Assembly (NCBI GenBank): GCA_002083475.1
Contig: LWDI01000045.1
Span: 10,908-74,907, forward strand
Source: Proteobacteria bacterium SG_bin5
Lineage (GTDB): Bacteria > Pseudomonadota > Alphaproteobacteria > Sphingomonadales > Sphingomonadaceae
Reading direction: 5' to 3'
DNA length: 64,000 nucleotides
Positions 55,981 through 64,000 of this stretch are shown here, in pieces. The notes under the pieces are model-generated. The model had not been told where the DNA came from and ran no database searches. It worked only from the letters and a program-made list of their open reading frames with translations. Both the position numbers and the translations under genes were made by a program. Each line of letters opens with the position of its first letter. Position 1 is the stretch's first letter.

Positions 55981-57519
55981 TCAGGCCTCGGCCATGTCGC
56001 TGCGCGACACGCGCACCGCTTCCTCGGGTGTCGTCACCCCCTCGCGCACCATCGCCCGCGCCGCCGAACCGAGATTGGGCGAATTGACGAAGGCGTGGCG
56101 CGCGATGATCGCCTCATCGCCGCCGTCGTTGATCAGGCGGCGGATCGTTTCGTCGACGCGGATCGCCTCGAACACGCCGATCCGCCCCTTGAAGCCGGTA
56201 TGGCCGCACGCCTCGCAGCCGACCGGCTCATAGACGATCGTTCCGGGATCGAAGCCCAACAGCGCCGAGACCGAGCCGCTCGCCTGCACCGGGCGGCGGC
56301 ATTCCGGGCAGAGCCGCCGCACCAGCCGCTGCGCGATCACCCCGCGCAAGGTGGAGGCGAGCAGGAACGGCTCGATCTTCATGTCGCGCATCCGCGTGAT
56401 CGCGCCGACCGCGTCGTTGGTGTGGACGGTCGAGAGCACGAGGTGGCCGGTGAGCGAGGCCTGGACCGCGATCTCCGCCGTCTCACGATCGCGAATTTCG
56501 CCGACCATCACGACGTCGGGGTCCTGGCGCAGGATCGCGCGCAGGCCGGCGGCGAACGTGAGCCCGACCTTGGGATTGACCTGGGTCTGCCCCACCCCCT
56601 CGATCGCATATTCGACCGGGTCTTCGACCGTCAGGATGTTGCGCGTGCCGTCGTTGAGCAGGCGCAGCGCGGCGTAAAGCGTGGTCGTCTTGCCCGAGCC
56701 GGTCGGGCCGGTGACGAGCACGATGCCGTTGGGCTCGCCGATCGCCGAGCGCAGCATGGTGTTGATCGCCGGGCTCATGCCGAGCACGTCGAGATCGATC
56801 GCCGCATTGGCCTTGTCGAGAATACGCAGCACCACGCGTTCCCCGGCGCGGCTGGGCAGCGTCGAGACGCGCACGTCGAGCAATTTGCCGCCGAGCGACA
56901 GCCCCATGCGCCCGTCCTGCGGCACGCGCCGCTCGGCAATGTCGAGCCGCGCCATCACTTTCACGCGGCTGACGACGACCGGCGCGACGTGCGGCGGCAT
57001 CCGCAGCGTCTCGCGCAGCACGCCGTCGATCCGCATGCGGACGACCAGGCCGGTCTCATAGGGCTCGATGTGAATGTCGGACACGCCGTTGCGCGCGGCG
57101 TCCGCGATGATGCCGTTGATCAGCCGGATCGCCGGCGCGTCATCGGCCGAATCGAGCAAATCCTCGGCGGTCGGGATGTTGCCCGCGATCAGATCGAGCT
57201 CGTCGCCCAGCCCGAGCGAGCCCGCCGCCGCCGCCGCCGCTTGGCCGTCCATCGCATATTTTTCGGACAAGAGCCGGTCGAACGCCTCGGGCGCGGCGAA
57301 GCGCACGTCGAAAGGGCGTTCGAGGAAGCGCCGCAGCTCGATCAGCACCTTGGGATCGGCGCCCTCGCGCAGCGAGACGGCGAAATGGCCGTTTTCGCCC
57401 GCGTCGAGCACCACGCCGAATTTGCGCGCGAAGGCATAGGGGATGGTGACGATCGACGGCGGCAGCGCCGCCGGTTCCTCGGCGGTCAAAACGGCCAACT
57501 CGCGCTCTTGGGTGATCAT
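55981..57519 (-). CDS. gspE: Type II secretion ATPase E
   Basis: SDIHIEP, LDIAERRVPQDGR, GPTGSGKTTT, EDPVEY, LRQDPDVVMVGEIRD, CxxC...CxxC. Confidence 0.97.
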   Translation of the reverse strand: MITQERELAVLTAEEPAALPPSIVTIPYAFARKFGVVLDAGENGHFAVSLREGADPKVLIELRRFLERPFDVRFAAPEAFDRLLSEKYAMDGQAAAAAAGSLGLGDELDLIAGNIPTAEDLLDSADDAPAIRLINGIIADAARNGVSDIHIEPYETGLVVRMRIDGVLRETLRMPPHVAPVVVSRVKVMARLDIAERRVPQDGRMGLSLGGKLLDVRVSTLPSRAGERVVLRILDKANAAIDLDVLGMSPAINTMLRSAIGEPNGIVLVTGPTGSGKTTTLYAALRLLNDGTRNILTVEDPVEYAIEGVGQTQVNPKVGLTFAAGLRAILRQDPDVVMVGEIRDRETAEIAVQASLTGHLVLSTVHTNDAVGAITRMRDMKIEPFLLASTLRGVIAQRLVRRLCPECRRPVQASGSVSALLGFDPGTIVYEPVGCEACGHTGFKGRIGVFEAIRVDETIRRLINDGGDEAIIARHAFVNSPNLGSAARAMVREGVTTPEEAVRVSRSDMAEA

Positions 57520-59747
57520 CGCGGCGATCCTTCGCGTGGCCGCAGCGGCGCGACCGGTTCCTTGAGCACCGGCAGCGGCACGCGCGGATCCTCGATGCTG
57601 CCCGGCGCCCCCGGCGGCGGCAGCGGCGGCTCGGCGCCGAAATAATCGCGCACCAACTGATCGATCGTCGGCTCGCGCCCGCCCGGCTGCAGGCCCTGTT
57701 GCAGCCGCACATAGCCATAACGCTGCTCGGCGAGCTTGCGCGCATCTTCCGCCGTCCGCAAGATCGTCGGGCGGATGAAGATGATGAGATTGGTCTTGGT
57801 CCGCGTCTTCGCGCGCGAGCGGAAGAGTTGGCCAAGCCCCGGAATGTCGCCGAGCAGCGGCACCTTCTCCAGCGTGCGCCGCTCGTTATCGTCGAGCAGG
57901 CCGCCGATCACCGCGATCTGGCCATCATCGACCGTCATCGTGGTTTCGACCTCGCGCTTGTTGAAGACGAGGTCGCTATTGTCCTGCGCGACCGGCCCGG
58001 CGATCGAACTCACTTGCTGGCGGACGAACAATTTGACCGAGCCCGAGGAATTGACCTGCGGCCGCACCTCCAGCTCGATGCCGACATTTTCGCGCTGCAC
58101 GGTGCGGAAGGCATTGTCGAAATTCTGGCTCAGCGCCTGGCCGGTGGTGATCGGCACTTCCTGGCCGACCAGAATGCGCGCCGGCTGATTGTCGAGCGTC
58201 ACGATATGCGGCGCTTGCAGCAGGTTGGAGGTGGTGTCGCTCTTCACCGCATTGATGATGCCGGCGAACACCCCGTCGCGCCCGATCCGCGTCGCGAAGC
58301 CGCCGAAGCCGCCCGAGGCGCCGATGATCTCGTTGAGCGCGCTCTGCGCGAGCGCGTCGCTCACATTGCTGTTGACCGCCGTCGTCGTCGCGCCGCCCGC
58401 GCCGATCGTCGTCGTGGTGGTGTTGAGCGCGCGCGAGCCGACCGCGCCGGCGATGCGCAGCAGGTTCGGCGCGGCGTTGCTGAACGAGGTGGTCGCGATC
58501 GGCACCCCGCTGCCGCCCAAGGACCCGATCAGGAATTGCAGGCCGAGCCGGTTGGCGGTCTGGTCCGACACTTCCGCCACGATCGCCTCGACCAACACTT
58601 GCTCGCGCCGCGTGTCGAGCTGGCGCACGACTTCGCCGAGCTGGCGCTGCACCTCGGCCGGGGCGGCGATGACGATCGCGTTCGCGCCGACGAAGCGGGT
58701 GACGACCGCCGCCGTCCGCCCGCCCTCGGCGACGATCGCGGGCTGGGCATTGGGGTTCACCCCGCCCTGCTGCACGGCGCCGGGAAATTGCTGGGCCTGG
58801 GGCGGCACGATGTTGCGCGCGTTCGCCGCCGAGCCGCTCGAATTGCCCAGCCCGCCCGCCTGAGTCAGCTGCTGCGGCTGGCTGGGCGCGCTCGGCTGTT
58901 GGCCGACGAGCTGCTGGAGCACCGGCAGCAATTGCTCGGCATCGGCGTTCTGCAGGAAGATCACCTTGACCTCGGTGCCGAGCGAGGCGCGCCGGTCGAG
59001 CTCGGCGGCGACCTCGGCGAGGCGCGCGACGGTCGAGGGATCGCCGCGCAGCGCGACCGCGTTCGAGCTGGTGACCGGCACCACCGACACGGTCGAGCCC
59101 CCCGGCGCGCCCTGCTGCTGGCTGCCCTGGACGAGCGCCTGGAGCGCGGTCGCGATTTCGCGCGCGCCGGCGTTCTTCAAGGGGATCAACCGGGTCGAGG
59201 CATTGTCGGTATCGATCTGGCGCAACACTTCGCGCACGCGGCGGACATTGTCCGCGAAATCGACGATCACCACCGAATTGCCGCCGCGGTTCGCGGTCAC
59301 CGTGCCTTGCGGGCTCACCAGCCCGCGCACCGTCTCGACCGCCGAGGCGGCGTCGATCGCGCGCAGCCGGACGATTTCGGTGACCAAGGTGTTGCGCGCG
59401 GCCGAGCCCGCCCCGCCGACGCGCGTCGGCTGTTGCGCGGCGCCGTCGATCGGCTGGACGCGGAAGGCGCCGTTCGCCGTCGGCACCGCGACCAGGCCGT
59501 TCGCGCGCAAGGTCGAGAGGAACACCTCGAGATATTCGGAGCGCGACAGCGGGCGATCGGTGACGACCGTCACCTTGCCCTGCACGCGATTGTCGATGAT
59601 GAACGTGCGCCCGGTCGCCTTCGCCGCGTCGGCGATGAAGGCGCGGATGTCGGCGTCGCGCACGTTGAGCGTCATCTGCGCGAGCGCGGGACTCGCCAGC
59701 GCCAGCGCGAGCGCGGCGGCGCCGGTCAGGCGGCGAAACCGGCTCAT
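57516..59747 (-). CDS. gspD: Type II secretion secretin D
   Basis: Signal peptide, N0-N3 domains, QVLVEAIVAEV, TLDNQ.A.ILVGQEVP, KVPLLGDIPGLGQLFRS. Confidence 0.96.
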   Translation of the reverse strand: MSRFRRLTGAAALALALASPALAQMTLNVRDADIRAFIADAAKATGRTFIIDNRVQGKVTVVTDRPLSRSEYLEVFLSTLRANGLVAVPTANGAFRVQPIDGAAQQPTRVGGAGSAARNTLVTEIVRLRAIDAASAVETVRGLVSPQGTVTANRGGNSVVIVDFADNVRRVREVLRQIDTDNASTRLIPLKNAGAREIATALQALVQGSQQQGAPGGSTVSVVPVTSSNAVALRGDPSTVARLAEVAAELDRRASLGTEVKVIFLQNADAEQLLPVLQQLVGQQPSAPSQPQQLTQAGGLGNSSGSAANARNIVPPQAQQFPGAVQQGGVNPNAQPAIVAEGGRTAAVVTRFVGANAIVIAAPAEVQRQLGEVVRQLDTRREQVLVEAIVAEVSDQTANRLGLQFLIGSLGGSGVPIATTSFSNAAPNLLRIAGAVGSRALNTTTTTIGAGGATTTAVNSNVSDALAQSALNEIIGASGGFGGFATRIGRDGVFAGIINAVKSDTTSNLLQAPHIVTLDNQPARILVGQEVPITTGQALSQNFDNAFRTVQRENVGIELEVRPQVNSSGSVKLFVRQQVSSIAGPVAQDNSDLVFNKREVETTMTVDDGQIAVIGGLLDDNERRTLEKVPLLGDIPGLGQLFRSRAKTRTKTNLIIFIRPTILRTAEDARKLAEQRYGYVRLQQGLQPGGREPTIDQLVRDYFGAEPPLPPPGAPGSIEDPRVPLPVLKEPVAPLRPREGSPR

Positions 59748-60589
59748 GCCCCGCTCACCGCGATCACGATCGGCAGCACTTCGGCGCCGCGCTCGACCGA
59801 CAGCGGAATATTGCCGCCCTTGGCATATTGCGCGGCGAGATTGTCGATATCACTCGCGCCCGTCACCGGCCGCCCCCCGATTTGCGTCACAACATCTCCA
59901 TTTTGTAGGCCGACCTGACGGAACACCTGCCCCGAGCCCTGCGGGCGCACCACCAGCCCGGTCACCCGCCCGCCATCGATGCGGGGGATGAAGCCGATCT
60001 CCGCGCGCAGCCGCGCGAGCGTCACGCCTTGCGCCGCGTTCTGCGCCGGATTCTGGGCGGCGTCGTTCGTGCTCGCGGGCGCCGCCGCGTCCGCCGCGCC
60101 CGCATCGCCCCCCGATTGATCGAGGAACAAATCCTCGTCGCGCCCGCCGCGCGATAGGGTGACGTGATCGAAATGGACCGCCTTGAGCGTGACCCCGGGG
60201 GCGACTTCCTCGCCCACCGCGAAGCTCGCTTGAACCCCGTCCGCCCCGGCGATGATCGCCGAGCCGCGCCCGCTCGCCTCGTTGATCCGCGTGCCGAACA
60301 GCGTCAGCTGAAGCGCGGTCACCGCGACCGGGGCGGCCTGCTCGCCACCGCCGCCCAAGCGGAAGAAGGGATCGAACCGGCTGAGCAACTCGGGCGCGCT
60401 CGCGCCGACGCCCGCCGGCGGTAGCCGCCATTCGCCGAGCGGACCGACCGGGGTGACGATCGCCCAAACCAGCCGCGCCGCCTGCACCGCGAGCAACGCC
60501 ATCAGCGCGAGCTCCAGCACGCTATAGGCGATGTTGAGCGGCAGCCGGCGGAACAATCCGCGCGCGCGCGCATCGATCGGCAAACGCAT
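59744..60589 (-). CDS. gspC: Type II secretion protein C (HR + PDZ)
   Basis: TM helix, LTLFGT...SAII..Q..F.VGE, C-terminal GLQNGDVVTQIGG PDZ-like domain; first gene of the operon. Confidence 0.85.
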   Translation of the reverse strand: MRLPIDARARGLFRRLPLNIAYSVLELALMALLAVQAARLVWAIVTPVGPLGEWRLPPAGVGASAPELLSRFDPFFRLGGGGEQAAPVAVTALQLTLFGTRINEASGRGSAIIAGADGVQASFAVGEEVAPGVTLKAVHFDHVTLSRGGRDEDLFLDQSGGDAGAADAAAPASTNDAAQNPAQNAAQGVTLARLRAEIGFIPRIDGGRVTGLVVRPQGSGQVFRQVGLQNGDVVTQIGGRPVTGASDIDNLAAQYAKGGNIPLSVERGAEVLPIVIAVSGA

Positions 60590-60626
60590 TGATGTTGGTC
60601 CCCTAGCCGCCTCCCGCCTAGGCGGG

Positions 60627-60670
60627 GCATTTTACAGTTGCGCGTCTATTTTGTTGAGCTTTTATGACAG
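60627..60670 (-). promoter_or_regulatory. Putative pho-box array upstream of gspC
   Basis: Minus-strand 11-bp units CTGTCATAAAA/GCTCAACAAAA/TAGACGCGCAA/CTGTAAAATGC. Confidence 0.55.
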
Positions 60671-60739
60671 CGACCCGTCGATGGCGCGCTGACGAGGTCG
60701 GGGTGGCGCGTATCGCCGCCTTTTGGCAAGGTCGCGGCC

Positions 60740-61393
60740 ATGGCCGATCATCCTTCCGGTTCGGGCTTTCCCCCCGATGCGCTCATCGCGCGGCTCGCGA
60801 CGCTGCCGGGCGTGCAGAAAGTGCCCAGCCCCAAGCTCAACCTGTTCATCAAACGCGATTTCGCCGCGCCCGACCTCTGCTCGGCGCTGATCGCGCGGAT
60901 CGACGCCGAGCGCCGCCCTTCGACCATTTCGGACGACAATGGCGATCCGACCTTCCGCACCAGCGAGACCTGCGACCTACGCGCCGAGGAACCGCTGACC
61001 CAACAGGTCGAGGCGATGCTCGCCGATCTGCTCGGGCTCGATCCCGCGCATGGCGAGCCGCTGCAGGGCCAGCGCTATGCGGTCGGCCAGGAATTCAAAC
61101 AGCACACCGATTATTTCGAGCCGCTGAGCCCCGACTATGAAAAATTCTGCGCGGTCGCGGGGCAACGCACCTGGACCGCGATGCTCTATTTGAACGCGCC
61201 CGAGGCGGGCGGCGCGACGCGCTTCAAGACGATCGACAAGATCGTCCAGCCCGAGCCGGGCAAGTTGCTCGTGTGGAACAATTTACGCCCCGATGGCAGC
61301 GGCAATCCGGCCACGCTGCATCAAGGCATGAAAGTGCGCGCGGGCACCAAATACGTCCTCACCAAATGGTATCGCCGCCAGCCCTGGGGGTGA
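60740..61393 (+). CDS. 2OG-Fe(II) oxygenase, prolyl 4-hydroxylase-like
   Basis: RTS, EPLQGQRY..GQEFKQHTDYF (HxD), RTWTAMLYLN, GGATRF, LHQG..V..G.KY..TKW; no signal peptide. Confidence 0.88.
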   Translation: MADHPSGSGFPPDALIARLATLPGVQKVPSPKLNLFIKRDFAAPDLCSALIARIDAERRPSTISDDNGDPTFRTSETCDLRAEEPLTQQVEAMLADLLGLDPAHGEPLQGQRYAVGQEFKQHTDYFEPLSPDYEKFCAVAGQRTWTAMLYLNAPEAGGATRFKTIDKIVQPEPGKLLVWNNLRPDGSGNPATLHQGMKVRAGTKYVLTKWYRRQPWG

Positions 61394-61490
61394 TGCACGC
61401 GTGCAACAGCACCGCCGCAATTTTCGAAAATGACTTATTCCCAATATCAACGAACGCGAGCTTACCAACCGCTGGGGCTTTGAAACCATT

Positions 61491-61545
61491 TTGCAACATA
61501 AGAGTCTCGCAGTTGCAACAGTTCCCCAACTCCACCGTCACACAC
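61491..61545 (+). promoter_or_regulatory. Putative pho-box-like array upstream of the lipoprotein gene
   Basis: TTGCAAC (61491), GAGTCTC (61502), TTGCAAC (61513), CCCCAAC (61524), CCGTCAC (61535) at 11-bp spacing. Confidence 0.45.
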
Positions 61546-61654
61546 GCCCCCTAAGCCGCGCTTCGACGACTGCGCGAGGGGGCGAACCGACTCGTGGCGA
61601 CATCGTCGTGGCACAGACCCAAAGTCGGTCAGAACAACGCTGGAGACAGGGACC

Positions 61655-63364
61655 ATGAACACCATCAATTTTCGTCGCATGCTGATCGCGACGTGCTCGG
61701 TCGCCGCGCTGAGCGGCTGCGGCGCGAACGACATCGCCTCGCCCGGCACCGGCGGCAACGTGACCATCAACAACACGACGAACAACCCGCCCGCGCCGGC
61801 CCCGACGCCGACGCCCACCCCCACGCCGACCCCGACCCAGACGCTGGTGACGGCCGCCGCCGGCTGCCCCACGATCGCCAACGACGTGCAACTCGGTGAC
61901 GCCGGCACGATCACCGGCCCGACCGGCTCTTATCGCGTCTGCAACCTGCCCGCGCGGCTCACCCGTTCGTCGACGCTGCCCTTCACGCGCGGCGTGCTTT
62001 ATCAGCTCAACGGTCGCGTCGACGTCGGCACCGACCAGGGCTCGGCGACGTCGGGCACCACCAACGTCGTGCTCACGATCGAGCCGGGCGTGATCGTCAT
62101 CGGCGCCCCGGGCGCTTCGTGGCTCGGCATCAACCGCGGCAACCAGCTCCAGGCGGTCGGCACCCCCACCCGCCCGATCATCTTCACCAGCCGCGACAAT
62201 GCGCTCGGTCTCGTCACCGATAGCTCGGCGGGTCAATGGGGCGGCGTCGTGCTGCTCGGCCGCGCGCAGATCACCGATTGCGGCGCGACCGCCGCGCAGC
62301 CCGGCACCACCGCTTGCGAACGCCAGACCGAAGGCGCCGCCGACCCGTCGGTCTATGGCGGCAACAACAACACCGAGAATAACGGCCGCATCCAATATAT
62401 GCAGATCCGCTATTCGGGCTTCGTGCTCTCGGGCAATAGCGAGCTTCAGGCGCTCACCACCGAAGGCACCGGCAGCGCGACGCAGATCAGCTTCGTCCAG
62501 TCGGTCAACAGCTCGGACGATGGCGCCGAATTCTTCGGTGGCCGCGTGAACTTCAAATATTACATTTCGATGGGCGCGCTGGACGACAATCTCGACACCG
62601 ACACCGGCCTGAAGGCGAACTTCCAATATGTGATCGTCGCGCAGCGCGAAGGTTCGGCCTCGCTCGGCGCCGATTCGATCATCGAAGCCGACTCGGACAA
62701 TACGTTCGATAACCAGTTGCCGCGCCAGAACACGGTCGTGTCGAACTTCGTGTTCCTCGCCCGTATCGCCTCGGCCAACAACTCGACCGCGATTCTGCTG
62801 CGCGGCGGCACCGACTATACGCTCGTCAACGGCTTCATGGACGCGCAAAACTCGCAGTCGTGCCTGCGGATCAGCCGCGCGGCGACCGCCGACACCAACG
62901 CCAGCCTCGGCGTCAACTCGACCAACCTCGTCGTCCCCGGCGCGACGACGGGCAATGACGAGCTCGGCGCGCCCGTGTTCCGGTCGGTCCAGTTCCGCTG
63001 CCCGACGACCGCGCTCCAGGGCATCAACAGCGTCACCGACGCGCAGGTGGCGGCGATCTTCGGCGCCGGCACCAACAACAACAGCATCACTTATGTGCCG
63101 ACGCTGACCAACGGCTTCATCAACGGCGCGACCGAAACCGCCGTGCCGGTGTTCAACGCGACCGCGATCAACGCCGCCTCGGGCCAACCCTCGCTCAGCG
63201 GCAATCTGGCCGGCCAGCCCGCCTTCTTCGACAATGTGAGCTATGCCGGCGCCGTGCGCGACGCCAATGACACTTGGTACACCCAGTGGACCTGCACCAG
63301 CTCGGTGCTCAACCTGGGCACCAACAACACGGGCGCCTGCACCACGCTGCCGATCTTCTCCTGA
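61655..63364 (+). CDS. Large Asn/Thr/Gly-rich lipoprotein, probable beta-helix; ElpS-like T2SS substrate candidate
   Basis: ALSG|C lipobox, PPAPAPTPTPTPTPTPT linker, LTIEPG, GT.TRPIIFTS, GQWGGVVLLG, DDG.EFFGG, DD.LDTD.G. Confidence 0.8.
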   Translation: MNTINFRRMLIATCSVAALSGCGANDIASPGTGGNVTINNTTNNPPAPAPTPTPTPTPTPTQTLVTAAAGCPTIANDVQLGDAGTITGPTGSYRVCNLPARLTRSSTLPFTRGVLYQLNGRVDVGTDQGSATSGTTNVVLTIEPGVIVIGAPGASWLGINRGNQLQAVGTPTRPIIFTSRDNALGLVTDSSAGQWGGVVLLGRAQITDCGATAAQPGTTACERQTEGAADPSVYGGNNNTENNGRIQYMQIRYSGFVLSGNSELQALTTEGTGSATQISFVQSVNSSDDGAEFFGGRVNFKYYISMGALDDNLDTDTGLKANFQYVIVAQREGSASLGADSIIEADSDNTFDNQLPRQNTVVSNFVFLARIASANNSTAILLRGGTDYTLVNGFMDAQNSQSCLRISRAATADTNASLGVNSTNLVVPGATTGNDELGAPVFRSVQFRCPTTALQGINSVTDAQVAAIFGAGTNNNSITYVPTLTNGFINGATETAVPVFNATAINAASGQPSLSGNLAGQPAFFDNVSYAGAVRDANDTWYTQWTCTSSVLNLGTNNTGACTTLPIFS

Positions 63365-63381
63365 TCCTCGGCTAGCATTTT

Positions 63382-63418
63382 GGGGCGGGGCGCCGGCATA
63401 AAGCCGCGCTCCGCCCCT
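63382..63418 (+). terminator. Intergenic stem-loop (terminator or mRNA stabiliser)
   Basis: ggggcggggcgc...gcgctccgcccc followed by tattt. Confidence 0.5.
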
Positions 63419-63445
63419 ATTTCAAAAGATTAAAGGGGGTTTGAA

Positions 63446-64000
63446 ATGTCGAGGTCGTTCGAACTGGCGAGTCTGTTGCTCGTTTCGTCGGCGCTGGTGT
63501 CTCCTTCGGTCGCGCGCGCGCAGAACACGCCGACCCCAGGCCAAAGCGGCCCGGCGACCCCGGCGCCAGCCCCCGGCCAGGCCGATCCCGCGCAACCGGG
63601 CGATCAGCCCGCCGATCCGGCGCAGCAAGCCGGCGACGCCGGCGCCGAGCAGATGCCCGAAGTCTCGGTGCCCGGCGGCGAAGTCGTCGTCACCGGCCGG
63701 CGCGGGCGAACCAATGTGCTGCGCTCGAGCACGCAGGCGGTCTCGCTGCTGTCGAGCGAGGACATCGCGCGCACCGGCGAGGGCGACATCGCCGGCGCGC
63801 TGTCGCGTGTCACGGGCCTCAGCGTCGTCGGCAACGGCTTCGTCTATGTCCGCGGCCTGGGCGATCGCTACTCGCTCGCGCTGCTCAACGGCCTCCCGCT
63901 GCCCAGCCCCGAGCCGCTGCGCCGCGTGGTGCCGCTCGACATTTTCCCCACCAACGTGATCGCCTCGTCGCTCGTCCAAAAGACCTATTCGGTCAACTTC
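63446..64000 (+). CDS. TonB-dependent receptor, N-terminus (runs off window end)
   Basis: Manual translation MSRSFELASLLLVSSALVSPSVARA|Q, Pro/Ala-rich linker, EVVVTG TonB box, plug motifs ALSRVTGLS, YVRGLGDRYS..LLNG. Not in the ORF track. Confidence 0.9.
   Translation, partial: MSRSFELASLLLVSSALVSPSVARAQNTPTPGQSGPATPAPAPGQADPAQPGDQPADPAQQAGDAGAEQMPEVSVPGGEVVVTGRRGRTNVLRSSTQAVSLLSSEDIARTGEGDIAGALSRVTGLSVVGNGFVYVRGLGDRYSLALLNGLPLPSPEPLRRVVPLDIFPTNVIASSLVQKTYSVNF

Noticed and set aside
61789..61840. ccgacg/cccacc tandem repeat as a contingency or VNTR locus
   Set aside because: Synonymously varied 6-nt units encoding a Pro-Thr linker; explained by the protein sequence.

Overview
GC-rich alphaproteobacterial chromosome segment, most consistent with a Sphingomonas-like aerobic anoxygenic phototroph (inferred from gene content and gene order). 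It contains: (i) housekeeping and metabolic genes (GST fragment, yqiJK flotillin pair, quinone oxidoreductase, clpA, acyl-CoA ligase, acnA, amino-acid permease, isovaleryl-CoA dehydrogenase, alaS, M24 peptidase, DAACS symporter, Leu dehydrogenase, tRNA-His); (ii) only half of a photosynthesis gene cluster (tspO-bchP-pucC-like-bchG-ppsR-ppaA / bchFNBHLM-lhaA-puhABC-hyp-acsF-puhE-hemA; no puf, crt, bchCXYZ or bchID in the window), with PpsR-type operators; (iii) an APH(3')-like kinase translationally coupled to Leu dehydrogenase; (iv) a gspC-N type II secretion operon divergent from a prolyl-4-hydroxylase-like gene, a Pro/Thr-rich lipoprotein and a TonB-dependent receptor, with pho-box-like 11-bp periodic motifs; (v) an AT-richer cassette of two unknown lipoproteins and a small protein; (vi) several families of short palindromic REP/MITE-like repeats. 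The most striking observation is that palindromic repeats lie in-frame inside the cleavable prepilin leader peptides of GspI and GspK (and probably GspJ). Another repeat forms a bridging ORF at the bchN-bchB junction, and intergenic copies are nested inside each other. All calls come from reading motifs by eye; no database searches were run.
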